From positions 32,001 to 96,000 of the IMG/VR virus record IMGVR_UViG_3300032321_002024: DNA of 64,000 nucleotides; one strand, written 5' to 3'. Below the pieces are notes generated by a model that had not been told where the DNA came from, did not search any database, and saw only the letters and a list, made by a program, of their open reading frames with translations. How positions within the stretch are numbered: the stretch's first letter is position 1; each line of letters begins with the position of its first letter. Both the position numbers and the translations under genes were made by a program. Source of the stretch: a virus. Lineage: Duplodnaviria; Caudoviricetes. Below are positions 1 to 9,652 of this stretch, one piece after another.

Positions 1-615
1 TTCAAGAAATACACCTTCCTCGAAAGTAAGAACCCAATCTTGAATATCTTTTGATAAATTCTTACCAGTGGCGTCATAGTAGTTGAAGATTTTACTAATA
101 GCTCCAATCGTCATTAGTATCTGAGAGAATAAAGTAGAATCTTTTCCAAGTCCTTTTACTTTGTGATTTTGAATCAAGTGATAGATATAAGTAACTTCGG
201 TAGCTGTCACTGCAAAAGGTAGAACTTCCTGATTAGTGAATTTTGATGATTTAATTTCCGTTAAAACTTTGTTTAACTCAATTGCAAAAAACACAGTATT
301 TACATCATATTCTAATTTAGAATAAATTAAATCAGTTAAAAATTTCCATTGGTCTTTATTTAGATAGAAGTTGTATTTAGTTCCTTCTAAAGTGTCAATG
401 AATTCTTTCCAAATTTTTTGAGATTCAGCATAAAGTGAGTCTTGTTCTTGAGGAGTTTTTCCTTTACCTGATTCATTTTTCATAAATTGATTTATTTCCT
501 CAATTTTAGAATCCAATGATACTTCATTCTCATTGTTGATGTGTGAGTATTCAGTTCCTAAATATTCAAATTTAGTTTCTGGTTTAACAACGTTAGTTTC
601 AATTTTTCTTGTCAT
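1..615 (-). CDS. Hypothetical protein (3' end runs off window)
   Basis: Manually read open frame from ATG at 615 (MTRKIETNVVKPETKF...) with no stop before position 1; co-oriented with upstream ORFs. Confidence 0.75.
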   Translation of the reverse strand, partial: MTRKIETNVVKPETKFEYLGTEYSHINNENEVSLDSKIEEINQFMKNESGKGKTPQEQDSLYAESQKIWKEFIDTLEGTKYNFYLNKDQWKFLTDLIYSKLEYDVNTVFFAIELNKVLTEIKSSKFTNQEVLPFAVTATEVTYIYHLIQNHKVKGLGKDSTLFSQILMTIGAISKIFNYYDATGKNLSKDIQDWVLTFEEGVFLE

Positions 616-635
616 TTCTTTTATTTTATTTTTTA

Positions 636-881
636 TTAACCTTTAATAATTTCTTCTTGTGAGCCAAAAAGCTCATTTAAAGTTTCTAGTTTATCTTTTG
701 AGTTAGTGTATTTTTCAATCCACTTATCATGCTCTTCCATTAAGTCAGAGTGTTCTCCGATAGCTACTAAATTGTTTACATAAAGTGCTAAATTTGCTTT
801 TGCTTCTGCCATCTCAGCTTCGTATTTTTTTCTTAAAGCTGTGATGTAATTCATTCCTAGTTTTGTTGTTTCCATAATCAT
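636..881 (-). CDS. Hypothetical small helical protein
   Basis: 81-aa ORF in minus-strand operon. Confidence 0.7.
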   Translation of the reverse strand: MIMETTKLGMNYITALRKKYEAEMAEAKANLALYVNNLVAIGEHSDLMEEHDKWIEKYTNSKDKLETLNELFGSQEEIIKG

Positions 882-1306
882 ATAATAAATTCTTCGTTTT
901 TTGCGTCTTTTTGTTGCTCCTGATATAACTCTTCTACTTTGTTAGCTCTTGCTACCTTTTCTACGCCATATTTGTTTACAAGAGAAGAGAATGTGTTTAA
1001 GTCTGTTTTTACAAGTTTGATTTTTCCTGAATCCAGATTGATGTTAACTTTGTCAATTTCTTGTTCGAATAAAATCGTAGCTGATTCTTCATCATAAGTA
1101 TTTAACAAATCTTCGTTGATGCTCACTTTTAATTCTTTTTGTAGAATAAAAGAAATATCATCTGCGATTTTAGCAATTTTTATTAAATTCTTTTGTTTTG
1201 AATCTCCAATAAATTGAAATTTAATTGCTATAGGAAATGATTTTTTATTAAAAACGTTAAAAAAATCATCAATTGTGTCTTGTGACAACTCATAAAATCT
1301 ATCCAT
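878..1306 (-). CDS. Hypothetical protein
   Basis: 142-aa ORF overlapping the next gene. Confidence 0.75.
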   Translation of the reverse strand: MDRFYELSQDTIDDFFNVFNKKSFPIAIKFQFIGDSKQKNLIKIAKIADDISFILQKELKVSINEDLLNTYDEESATILFEQEIDKVNINLDSGKIKLVKTDLNTFSSLVNKYGVEKVARANKVEELYQEQQKDAKNEEFII

Positions 1307-1351
1307 ATTAATCTTTTTTATTTTATAAATAAAAATGCTGTAAAAGTTTAA

Positions 1352-1768
1352 TTAAAGAAAGAAAATCAATGAAAATATAATAGAAGTTAATATAAGTAAA
1401 GGTGTTACAATATAATAAACTGTGTTATAATATCTTTGACTTTCGAAAAGTGAAAATCCAATTACCAATAAATATGAATATTTCTCTACTTTTCTAATTT
1501 CATAAACTCTAAAAAGTTCTTGAAGTCCCCTTTCGTTTAGTGTTTGAGTTAATTCTCCACTAAATCCTCTAATATATGTTTCTGATATTCTGTCTATGTC
1601 TTGTTTTTTAAGAGCATAGGCTTCACCAATTAATTCCTCTGGGACATTAATCACAGTGTATAATCTTTGTGCAGAATCTATTCTTAAATTGAATTTTTGT
1701 TGTAATTCAAATTTAGATTCTTTAATGGTTTTTCTCCAAAGAAAAAAAAGTTTAAGTCTTTTCAGCAT
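1352..1768 (-). CDS. Hypothetical protein with C-terminal TM helix
   Basis: Hydrophobic C-terminus YYIVTPLLILTSIIFSLIFFL. Confidence 0.7.
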   Translation of the reverse strand: MLKRLKLFFLWRKTIKESKFELQQKFNLRIDSAQRLYTVINVPEELIGEAYALKKQDIDRISETYIRGFSGELTQTLNERGLQELFRVYEIRKVEKYSYLLVIGFSLFESQRYYNTVYYIVTPLLILTSIIFSLIFFL

Positions 1769-1818
1769 AATTATTATATTATATATCTAAATGTTTGTTT
1801 TTTGTTCAAAATAATAGT

Positions 1819-2085
1819 TTACTTTTTTAAAAAAATTCTAAGTATTTTTTTTATTCTTCTATAATTTTTTGGTGGTGTATAAATGGAAGAATCAACATCT
1901 CTTATATAAACACCTGGGCTTATATACTTATTACCCATTTTTCCTATGTTATTTTGTTGTGTTTCATTATCTATATGAGCATTGGCATACTGAGACATCC
2001 AGTCAGCTTTTGATCCAGTCATACCCATAGAGCCTAAAATATTAGACCACTTTTTCATTATATCTTTCTTACTTGGTTGTTTCAT
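1819..2085 (-). CDS. Chimeric mini-protein: capsid-N-terminus-like + tail-sheath-N-terminus-like segments + RxxKI tag
   Basis: KKWSNILGSMG...WMSQYANAH, then YISPGVYIRDVD (sheath SPGVY motif), then RRIKKILRIF. Confidence 0.55.
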   Translation of the reverse strand: MKQPSKKDIMKKWSNILGSMGMTGSKADWMSQYANAHIDNETQQNNIGKMGNKYISPGVYIRDVDSSIYTPPKNYRRIKKILRIFLKK

Positions 2086-2131
2086 AAAACAAAAAAACTT
2101 TTCTTGTTATAGAAAAGTTTTTATTTATTGT

Positions 2132-2890
2132 TTAAATTTCGTATTTATTCTTTAGTCCATTTTTTGGAACGTCTCTGTGACTAATCTTCCAAAGGTCGTC
2201 TTTTGATAGTTTTACTAACTGTTGAAGAAGATTCAGATTTTTTTGATACTCATTCATATTTGGTTGTTCTCTATTATGAAAAAGATGATAACATCTATAA
2301 TCCATTTGTTTCCAATTTAAAAATTGTTGAACTTTAAGTGAAACAAAATCGTCTTCTGCACCCCAACCAATAAAGTTTTCATTCCATCCGGCAATCTTGT
2401 TTATTGTTTCTCTTCTAAAGATACAAATTCCGCCACAAATTGGAACTTTTTGATGATCAGTTTCTCCTCTACCTGGTCGGTTGATTTGTATAATCTGTTC
2501 TAATTGAAGATTAGCCTCATTTGATTCCAAGTCTACTACTGATTTGTATGGGTTAACCATATCGTGTGTTTCGATTTGTTTTAGGGCATCAATTAATTGA
2601 TTTGGATGCATAATTAAATCAGAGTCTGCAAAAACAATAATATCTGATTTTGCCATTTTAGTTGCATAGTTAAAACTCCAAGATTTGTTATAAGGTTTGT
2701 CTGATTTTAAGAAAAGATGTCTACATCTAAGGCTTAAATGAGAAATTTTTGAGTGAGTATCTTGTTCAACTACGATTACGTCTACTCCCTGGAATCCGTT
2801 AATCCAGTCTAATACTCTTCTAAGATTTTGTAGTCGGTCTGGTTTATGTCTGTAACCGATGATATAAGTGAAAGAATGTCCATTATTCAT
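2132..2890 (-). CDS. GT-A glycosyltransferase (GT2/GT7 galactosyltransferase-like C domain)
   Basis: DSD motif, GWNENFIGWGAEDDF, HLFH. Confidence 0.85.
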   Translation of the reverse strand: MNNGHSFTYIIGYRHKPDRLQNLRRVLDWINGFQGVDVIVVEQDTHSKISHLSLRCRHLFLKSDKPYNKSWSFNYATKMAKSDIIVFADSDLIMHPNQLIDALKQIETHDMVNPYKSVVDLESNEANLQLEQIIQINRPGRGETDHQKVPICGGICIFRRETINKIAGWNENFIGWGAEDDFVSLKVQQFLNWKQMDYRCYHLFHNREQPNMNEYQKNLNLLQQLVKLSKDDLWKISHRDVPKNGLKNKYEI

Positions 2891-2910
2891 TAAAAATAAT
2901 TATTTTTTAT

Positions 2911-3639
2911 TTATACTACTGATATATTGATTTGTTTTGATTCTATGAACTTTTTAACTTCTATTGGTTCATTCTCTTCACCTTTGTAGAATTTAGATAA
3001 TGGTAATATTTTATCAGAGTCTAATGTGTCTACTATTATATCATTATATAAATGTCTTCCAAATTCTAACCATATTTTGTGTTCATAATTTGTTTTGTGT
3101 GTTTTGTGGTATATAATTTCATCTTTTATGTGATATACATTTAGTCTATTTTTTAAGGCACAAATAGGAATCCAGTAATCCCACCAAGGCATTCCAATTA
3201 CATATTTTTCATTTTTAAATAAAGAGGCATATTTTGAGTTAAATATAAAAATATCATATCCGTATATAAACGGATATTTTTCACCATTGTCTAACTCATA
3301 TCTAGTTCCTATAAAAATTCCGTTTATTAGATATCTATTTTTAATATTTATATCTAATTCATCGGTCAAAATTATATCGGAGTTTATTATTGCTGATACT
3401 CCATTTGATACTTTTTCAATGGAATCTAATATAGAGTTTAATTTTATTAGTTTTTTATTTTTGTATAAATATGTATCATCAGTTTCTATAAAATTTACAT
3501 TTTTATAGATATCTTTTATTCTTTCAATCTCTTCTTTTCTATTTACTGAATAGACTTTATATTTTTTAGTCCAAGAAGATATAGCATTTAATTGAGTGTT
3601 ACTGAGATCATTTGGATTTATTGTAGTAAATATCTCCAT
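2911..3639 (-). CDS. Putative glycosyltransferase-like protein
   Basis: INSDII, GYDIF, GMPWWDYW; similar to the C-terminal domain of 5756..7396. Confidence 0.6.
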   Translation of the reverse strand: MEIFTTINPNDLSNTQLNAISSWTKKYKVYSVNRKEEIERIKDIYKNVNFIETDDTYLYKNKKLIKLNSILDSIEKVSNGVSAIINSDIILTDELDINIKNRYLINGIFIGTRYELDNGEKYPFIYGYDIFIFNSKYASLFKNEKYVIGMPWWDYWIPICALKNRLNVYHIKDEIIYHKTHKTNYEHKIWLEFGRHLYNDIIVDTLDSDKILPLSKFYKGEENEPIEVKKFIESKQINISVV

Positions 3640-3641
3640 AA

Positions 3642-3854
3642 TTATTTTAACTTTTTTAAGTCGTTATCTATAGGTAATTGTAAATCAAAGTCATGATTTT
3701 TTGACACAATACTTCCTTCTTTACAGGTTGCAGAATTGCAACAATTATAAAAGTTACAATATGACCATTCAACTTCTTGTTTTTCTGTTAAGTATATAAA
3801 TATTGATTCATCTAAATGTTGTCCGCTTCTTTGAAATGATGATATTATATCCAT
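3642..3854 (-). pseudogene. Short sulfotransferase-like N-terminal fragment
   Basis: SFQRSGQH resembles the PAPS-binding 5'-PSB loop, KNHDF downstream; only 70 aa. Confidence 0.4.
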
Positions 3855-4543
3855 TTTTCTATTTCATTTTTAATTTCATCTGTTAATCCACCGTATGACC
3901 AATATTGTTTACCTATTGGTGGCTCATAAGAGTAACTATCTGTATTTGTGAGTTTATAATTATCTGGTTCATTATAAAATAACCAAGCACCAATTGCGTT
4001 AAATTCTGAAAATTTCTTACTAAACTTATTCATTATAGTATCTTCGATATCATATTCTTCATTGATTTTTTCAATTGTACTTCTATGATAAATTAAAGGC
4101 AATCTTCGCATAAATTCATAATCTAATTCTCTTCCTATAAATTTCTCAGTAACTTCTTTCCAACAAATGGCATCCCCTACTTTTGAGTAATCTGTATATA
4201 ATATTTCAGGTTTATCATCATCTATTAAATTTTGTAAATCTATTTCTTTATTAAAAATTAAATCAGAATCTGAATATAATATAAATTTCGATTTACAATA
4301 TTTATGAGCAGTCATTTTTATAAACTGTTGATATATGTAACCATTACCATATTCATTTACAAAATAAACTTCACAATTTAGTTCGTTTATTAAGTCATAA
4401 TTTAATAATTCTTTTTCTTTTTCGGGTATAATTATTATTATTTTATTATAACCAGTTAGATACTTTTTTATTGATTTTAATGAGTAATATAACCACTCAA
4501 AATCTTTTGCATATGATTTGTAAAATATGTCTATCATGCCCAA
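3845..4543 (-). CDS. Putative glycosyltransferase (GT-A-like)
   Basis: YSDSDLIF DxD motif, GYIYQQFIK, FSEFNAIG. Confidence 0.65.
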   Translation of the reverse strand: MGMIDIFYKSYAKDFEWLYYSLKSIKKYLTGYNKIIIIIPEKEKELLNYDLINELNCEVYFVNEYGNGYIYQQFIKMTAHKYCKSKFILYSDSDLIFNKEIDLQNLIDDDKPEILYTDYSKVGDAICWKEVTEKFIGRELDYEFMRRLPLIYHRSTIEKINEEYDIEDTIMNKFSKKFSEFNAIGAWLFYNEPDNYKLTNTDSYSYEPPIGKQYWSYGGLTDEIKNEIEKWI

Positions 4544-5121
4544 AAGTTTATTTTTACACCAAGTTCTTCTATTTTTCTAATAAGTTCCATTTTTGATTCA
4601 TGTGTTTCTTTTGGCATATATCTATCGTGGAACTCTACATATATTTCTGATAGTTTATTTATCGAACCATCATTTAGAATATGTCTAAGTACATCAAACT
4701 CAGCTCCTTCGATATCCATTTTGCATATAATTTGAGTATCTGGTAAACTTTTTATAAATTCACCAAAATCGATACAATCAACTTCTATTTTGTTTTCGGA
4801 TCTTTCATCCATATATTCATTTCCTATATTATCAATAGATGAGCACCAACCATCAATATCAGAAACACCGTCATTTGGTGACCCACTTTTTGTTTTTTTA
4901 TGATTTTCCTGATTAAATATTACTTTACCGTTTTTAATCCATACGGCTTTGTTATGAGCTTCTATTTCAAATGGTATACTTTTAACTCTCTCAAGTATGT
5001 TACATTCTGGATTTGCTTCAAATGTGTAAATTTTGAAATTATCATCAATAATTCCATTACTTATGAACTCATTTAATCCTTCACATAGGTGAGTTCCGCA
5101 ATCAATAAATATTTTTTTCAT
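4534..5121 (-). CDS. FkbM-family SAM methyltransferase
   Basis: FIDCGTH, FEANP, KMDIEGAEF, VEFH. Confidence 0.9.
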   Translation of the reverse strand: MKKIFIDCGTHLCEGLNEFISNGIIDDNFKIYTFEANPECNILERVKSIPFEIEAHNKAVWIKNGKVIFNQENHKKTKSGSPNDGVSDIDGWCSSIDNIGNEYMDERSENKIEVDCIDFGEFIKSLPDTQIICKMDIEGAEFDVLRHILNDGSINKLSEIYVEFHDRYMPKETHESKMELIRKIEELGVKINFWA

Positions 5122-5744
5122 TATAATTCTAATTTTTTTTGTGGTAAACCAGCGTGAGTGACGTCCATTTCAACATCTTTGTTAAAAGAATTTCTATTTT
5201 CAGCTCTACCTTCGTGATTTGGATGGAATACACATTTTAAGTCGGTAAAATTCCAACTATTTTCCCAGTGATAAGAATTACCAAATGACAATAAACCTTG
5301 ATCGTCAGTGATTCCAAATCTACTGAGATTTTTTGGCATTTTTTCTAACCATTCTTCCCAAAATAATTTATTTCCTATAAAAATACTAACACCATATGGT
5401 GATGTAATCTCTGAATTTTCAATAAAATTTGGATAGTTTAATTCATCAAAACAGTATCTATGTGAAGTTGCCCATGCTGGCTCTTTTTTACTTTTAATAA
5501 ATTCAAAAACTTTAAGAATTGGTTCGGTTAGTATTATATCCGAATCCATATGTGCTCCTACATCATGTTTTATCAGTTCTTCAACTAATTCATGACAGTA
5601 AATATGACCAACTCTGGCTAAACTTGTCCATTTTAATCCTAATAAAGCCCAACTATCTTGAGCCCATTTTTGATTATCTAAATGTTGTTTTGTGCAAGGA
5701 AATCCGCTTTCCTCAAATCTAACTGCGCTAACTAAATTATACAT
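5121..5744 (-). CDS. Putative glycosyltransferase-like protein
   Basis: MDSDIIL DxD motif, FHPNH, cluster context. Confidence 0.5.
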   Translation of the reverse strand: MYNLVSAVRFEESGFPCTKQHLDNQKWAQDSWALLGLKWTSLARVGHIYCHELVEELIKHDVGAHMDSDIILTEPILKVFEFIKSKKEPAWATSHRYCFDELNYPNFIENSEITSPYGVSIFIGNKLFWEEWLEKMPKNLSRFGITDDQGLLSFGNSYHWENSWNFTDLKCVFHPNHEGRAENRNSFNKDVEMDVTHAGLPQKKLEL

Positions 5745-5755
5745 AATTTTATTAA

Positions 5756-7396
5756 TTATTTTATATATTCACCGTAAGTTTTTTCAAAGTATTTCTTACC
5801 GGTAAATTTATTATTTGATTTCTCAATCATCCAATCATATGCGATTTTTGTATTTGATATATTAGATTTTTCTAATAATGATCTATTCCAAAATGATTCG
5901 TGTGTTTCATGATATGAAATATTTGGTGTCTCACAAACTCTACCTTGATCCTCAAATTTTTTTCTAAATGTTATATCTCCTTCTAAACTAACACCCATAG
6001 TTATTCTAAAAATCCAATCCCAAGTTGGTCTACCAATTGTTTGATTGTCTGGTAGATAATCTCTCCATTCTAACCACCATCTTTTAGTCACTGCGAAAAT
6101 ATCAGCTCCTTCAGGATTTCGACTTCCATTTGAAAATAATGATTTAGATACTTCTGATGGTGTTTTAATTTCTTCTAATTTACCAAAGTCTTTTCTAAAT
6201 GAAAAAGTACATTGATATCTTTTACAAGATTCTAATATCTTATTATAAGCATCCTCAGTTATACATATATCCGAGTTTGTATAAAGAATTATATCATCAT
6301 CACTTTTACAAAATTTATATCCCCATTCAAATATATCTTTTATTTTTGGTAATTCGTCATTATCATCATATACCATAGCAGGAATAACGTTTCCTGATTC
6401 ATAAAAACTCAACCATGTTTTTTGAGCAAACTCATTTCTTCTAATTGAATCATCATCTTTTGCTCTATAAATAGACGAAACATGAATTATAAAAACATCT
6501 TTTGATTTTTCATCAAAATTTAAATCAAAATTTAAATTATTACTTTCGTGTTTAATGTTATTCAATAGGTCAATTAGATTTTTCTCTTTGTATATAACTA
6601 TTTTCTTTATATTATTTAATATTTCAGTGAATAAATTATCAGTAATAAAATTTTCTGATGTTCTTCCATTCCAATTTTTTTTAACATCTCCTAAGTGAAT
6701 TATATCAACACTTATAGTTTGTTTTTTTGGAAAATAACTACTGAATTTCAAATCAGGATGACTTGAGTTTTCTAGTTCACTTGGATACCATTTTGATTCC
6801 ATTGTATTATTAAAGTTAAAAAGTTGAAAAAATCCATATCCGTTGTCTCTTTCATATTTTGGTAAATTATTTACCGGTGTTTCGCCTTTTTTCCATTTTT
6901 CATATTGAAAATGGTTATAACAGATCCATCTATCTGATGTGTATAATGTATCGGATTCTAAATTAGTTAGTTCAATTTTATTTGTCACAATTATATCAGC
7001 ATCTAATATTAATATAAATTCAGGGTTAGTAAGTGACTCGATGCCAACATTTATCGCCTTTCCTTTATTGAATTTAAAACCATCTTCATAAAAAACATCA
7101 GTTGTTATACATTTTACTCCATAACTTTTACAAATATTTTGACATATGATATCATCATTTGATGTAACTACTGTGATGTTCTCAAAATATTTTGTATTAT
7201 TTTCTAATGATAATATCAAAAAGTCATTATAGTTAACAGATGTTATTATAACATCTATTTTCTTTTTATCAATTGTTTGATTTATTGTCGCGTTTATAAT
7301 AGATTGTGTGGATCTTTTAATAACTTTAGGTTCAGGGGCCTTTGGTCTCCATTTTTCTTTGTTTTTGTGACCAAAGATAGTATTTGCCTTATTCAT
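5756..7396 (-). CDS. Two-domain glycosyltransferase
   Basis: N domain FNKGKAIN...LDADII (GT2-like); C domain NSDIC...GRPTWDW...HETH. Confidence 0.75.
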   Translation of the reverse strand: MNKANTIFGHKNKEKWRPKAPEPKVIKRSTQSIINATINQTIDKKKIDVIITSVNYNDFLILSLENNTKYFENITVVTSNDDIICQNICKSYGVKCITTDVFYEDGFKFNKGKAINVGIESLTNPEFILILDADIIVTNKIELTNLESDTLYTSDRWICYNHFQYEKWKKGETPVNNLPKYERDNGYGFFQLFNFNNTMESKWYPSELENSSHPDLKFSSYFPKKQTISVDIIHLGDVKKNWNGRTSENFITDNLFTEILNNIKKIVIYKEKNLIDLLNNIKHESNNLNFDLNFDEKSKDVFIIHVSSIYRAKDDDSIRRNEFAQKTWLSFYESGNVIPAMVYDDNDELPKIKDIFEWGYKFCKSDDDIILYTNSDICITEDAYNKILESCKRYQCTFSFRKDFGKLEEIKTPSEVSKSLFSNGSRNPEGADIFAVTKRWWLEWRDYLPDNQTIGRPTWDWIFRITMGVSLEGDITFRKKFEDQGRVCETPNISYHETHESFWNRSLLEKSNISNTKIAYDWMIEKSNNKFTGKKYFEKTYGEYIK

Positions 7397-7452
7397 TTTG
7401 AATTTATCAACTTTTTATATTGTATTTATATATAATCCTAAAACCTCTCTAA

Positions 7453-7851
7453 TTGAAAAAAATAGGTAGATCTGAAAAAATTGCATTTTCTTCTTTAAAT
7501 GAAGGACTAATCACTGCGAAAATTGATACCGGTGCTTTTAATGCTGCTCTTCATGTAGATGAAGTAAAGATTATAGAATCTGGATTACAAATTAGAATTA
7601 AAAACAATACTTATATTTTTCATAAATGGTCTGAAGTAGAAGTAAAAAGCTCAAATGGTAAGGTTCAAAAGAGATTTGGAGTTAATTTAAAAATTCAATT
7701 AGGTAAAAAGAAGTATAAAATATTTGTTTCTTTGACTAATAGAAAAAGTATGAAGTTTTCACTTCTAATTGGTAGAAGATTTTTACATTCTAATAATTTT
7801 TTGGTAGATGTAACTAAAAAGAATATTTATGATAGACCTAAAGAAATATAA
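7453..7851 (+). CDS. RimK-associated retropepsin-like protease (putative ATP-dependent Zn protease family)
   Basis: AKIDTGA and LLIGRRFL motifs. Confidence 0.8.
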   Translation: MKKIGRSEKIAFSSLNEGLITAKIDTGAFNAALHVDEVKIIESGLQIRIKNNTYIFHKWSEVEVKSSNGKVQKRFGVNLKIQLGKKKYKIFVSLTNRKSMKFSLLIGRRFLHSNNFLVDVTKKNIYDRPKEI

Positions 7852-8362
7852 TTATTTTACCGGTGATAAATCATCAGTAGCTTTTGGTGTCAGTGATATC
7901 GTTAAGTTTTTGGATTTAGCTGGTCACAACTATGTTCTTTTTACTCCACCAAAACCTACTGGTTCAAGTAAAGTTCACGATATTTGTTTGTATCATTATT
8001 TAGATAATAAAATAGAGTTTAATAATATTGATGAGTTTAAAGATAAAATTTTAGATAAATCTAATTTATTTAGAGTTGATTTAATAGTATTTGACTTTTG
8101 GAGTATAAAAAAAATGAATTGGTCTAATTACTTAAACGAAATTGTTAACCTTTCGCAGAATTTTATAATAGTTGCTAAAGAGTTTCAGTATAAAACAACA
8201 GATGATGTTAATGATTTTTTACTTCAAACAGAGTATAAAGAACTACACAAAACTGATAATTGGCTGACTGATAGAATTAATAAAAATACAGCAACAATTG
8301 ATTCACTTAAAAAAGCTTATATAAGAGATAAGAAATTAGAGCATTTATTTGGTGATGAGTAA
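7829..8362 (+). CDS. Hypothetical protein, possibly degenerate RecA-fold, with C-terminal RxxKL tag
   Basis: DLIVFD Walker-B-like strand, no intact Walker A; ends IRDKKLEHLF. Confidence 0.55.
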   Translation: MIDLKKYNYFTGDKSSVAFGVSDIVKFLDLAGHNYVLFTPPKPTGSSKVHDICLYHYLDNKIEFNNIDEFKDKILDKSNLFRVDLIVFDFWSIKKMNWSNYLNEIVNLSQNFIIVAKEFQYKTTDDVNDFLLQTEYKELHKTDNWLTDRINKNTATIDSLKKAYIRDKKLEHLFGDE

Positions 8363-8394
8363 AATATTTGTTAAATTTATTAAAATTTGTAAAA

Positions 8395-9468
8395 ATGAAT
8401 GTAAAAAAGAAGTTTCTAAAACTTACTTCAAAGACCTATCCACACGGAACAGAGGCACAATTAAAAAATCATTTACCTAACGGCTTTAAAGAAGATGGAT
8501 CTGGTAATTATTTTATTGAAATCGGTGTTAATCCTACTACTATGTTTACTAGCCACCTTGATACTGCAGACCGTAAACAAGAAAAAGTAAAACATGTAAT
8601 AGATGGTGATATCATTAGAACTGATGGAACATCAATTCTTGGAGCTGATGATAAAGCAGGTATGACGGTGATGCTTTATATGATAGAAAAGGAAATACCT
8701 GGGCTTTATTACTTTTTCATCGGTGAAGAAAGAGGATGTGTTGGTTCAAGTAGACTATCAAAAGTTTGGAATAGTAGACCAGAGTCGAGTTATATAACAA
8801 AATGTATATCATTTGACCGTAGAGGAACTGACTCAGTAATTACTGAACAGTTGTATGGTGTTTGTTGTTCTTTAGAATTTGCTAAAGATTTATCAAAAAG
8901 ATTAAATAATGTCGAAAAGTCTTTTAATTTTAAACCAGATCCAACTGGAATTTACACTGACTCTGCTCAATTCACTAGTTTAATTTCAGAATGTACTAAT
9001 ATTTCGGTAGGATACTACAATGAGCACTCTACTTCTGAAAGACAAGACATAAAACATTTAGAAAAACTTTGTGAAGCTGTGTGTAAAGTAGATTGGGAGG
9101 CTTTAAGTATCGTAAAAGAACCAGGTTATCATCACGATGATTTTCATGATGATGATGATGATGATTGGGAAACAGATCCAAATCAAAATTTCCAAACACA
9201 TAATTTCACTTGGGTTAGTTGGGAAGGTAAAACATCAAAAATGATGATTTCAGACCAACAAATTGAGGTTGAAAAAGAAACTATCGTAAATTGGATGACC
9301 TCTGGTGGTATGTCATATGAATATGCGGACTTTACTTGGGATGGTCAGAATCTACATGGAGCAAGTTGTTCAGGTGAGTATCACTTTATTGCAAGTCGTT
9401 CTGAGTTAATAGATTATATTGAAGATTTGAAACAAATTCCAGCAGACCACTTAAAGGGTTTTATTTAG
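8395..9468 (+). CDS. M28/M20-like zinc peptidase
   Basis: SHLDT, LGADDKAG, GEERG, SFDRRG, GYYNEH; ATG at 8395 preferred over upstream TTG. Confidence 0.85.
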   Translation: MNVKKKFLKLTSKTYPHGTEAQLKNHLPNGFKEDGSGNYFIEIGVNPTTMFTSHLDTADRKQEKVKHVIDGDIIRTDGTSILGADDKAGMTVMLYMIEKEIPGLYYFFIGEERGCVGSSRLSKVWNSRPESSYITKCISFDRRGTDSVITEQLYGVCCSLEFAKDLSKRLNNVEKSFNFKPDPTGIYTDSAQFTSLISECTNISVGYYNEHSTSERQDIKHLEKLCEAVCKVDWEALSIVKEPGYHHDDFHDDDDDDWETDPNQNFQTHNFTWVSWEGKTSKMMISDQQIEVEKETIVNWMTSGGMSYEYADFTWDGQNLHGASCSGEYHFIASRSELIDYIEDLKQIPADHLKGFI

Positions 9469-9616
9469 AATTTTTTACTTCTGGTTGATTTAGGATAAAA
9501 AGCATTTGACCGGTTGTTAATTCATTTATATTCCAACCTCTTTCTTTACAAATTTTAGTCATTATTCTTTCTTTGACTAAACTTTTTACTAATTTGTTAT
9601 CTTTTTTTGAACTCAT
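9461..9616 (-). CDS. Small hypothetical protein (51 aa, not in ORF track)
   Basis: MSSKKDNKLVKSLVKERIMTKICKERGWNINELTTGQMLFILNQPEVKNSK, preceded by TTTAATATATAG motif. Confidence 0.6.
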   Translation of the reverse strand: MSSKKDNKLVKSLVKERIMTKICKERGWNINELTTGQMLFILNQPEVKNSK

Positions 9617-9652
9617 AAACTATATATTAAAAAAATTGCTTATCTTTGCCTT

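Noticed and set aside
3287-3508. Antisense or alternate-frame ORFs in the track (also 5519, 13674, 15656, 19501, 19852, 24345, 24813, 40993, 43638, 46223, 50360, 50576, 57437, 59612, 61761, 63360)
   Set aside because: They overlap better-supported genes or the tRNA-like element and have no recognisable motifs; treated as shadow ORFs.
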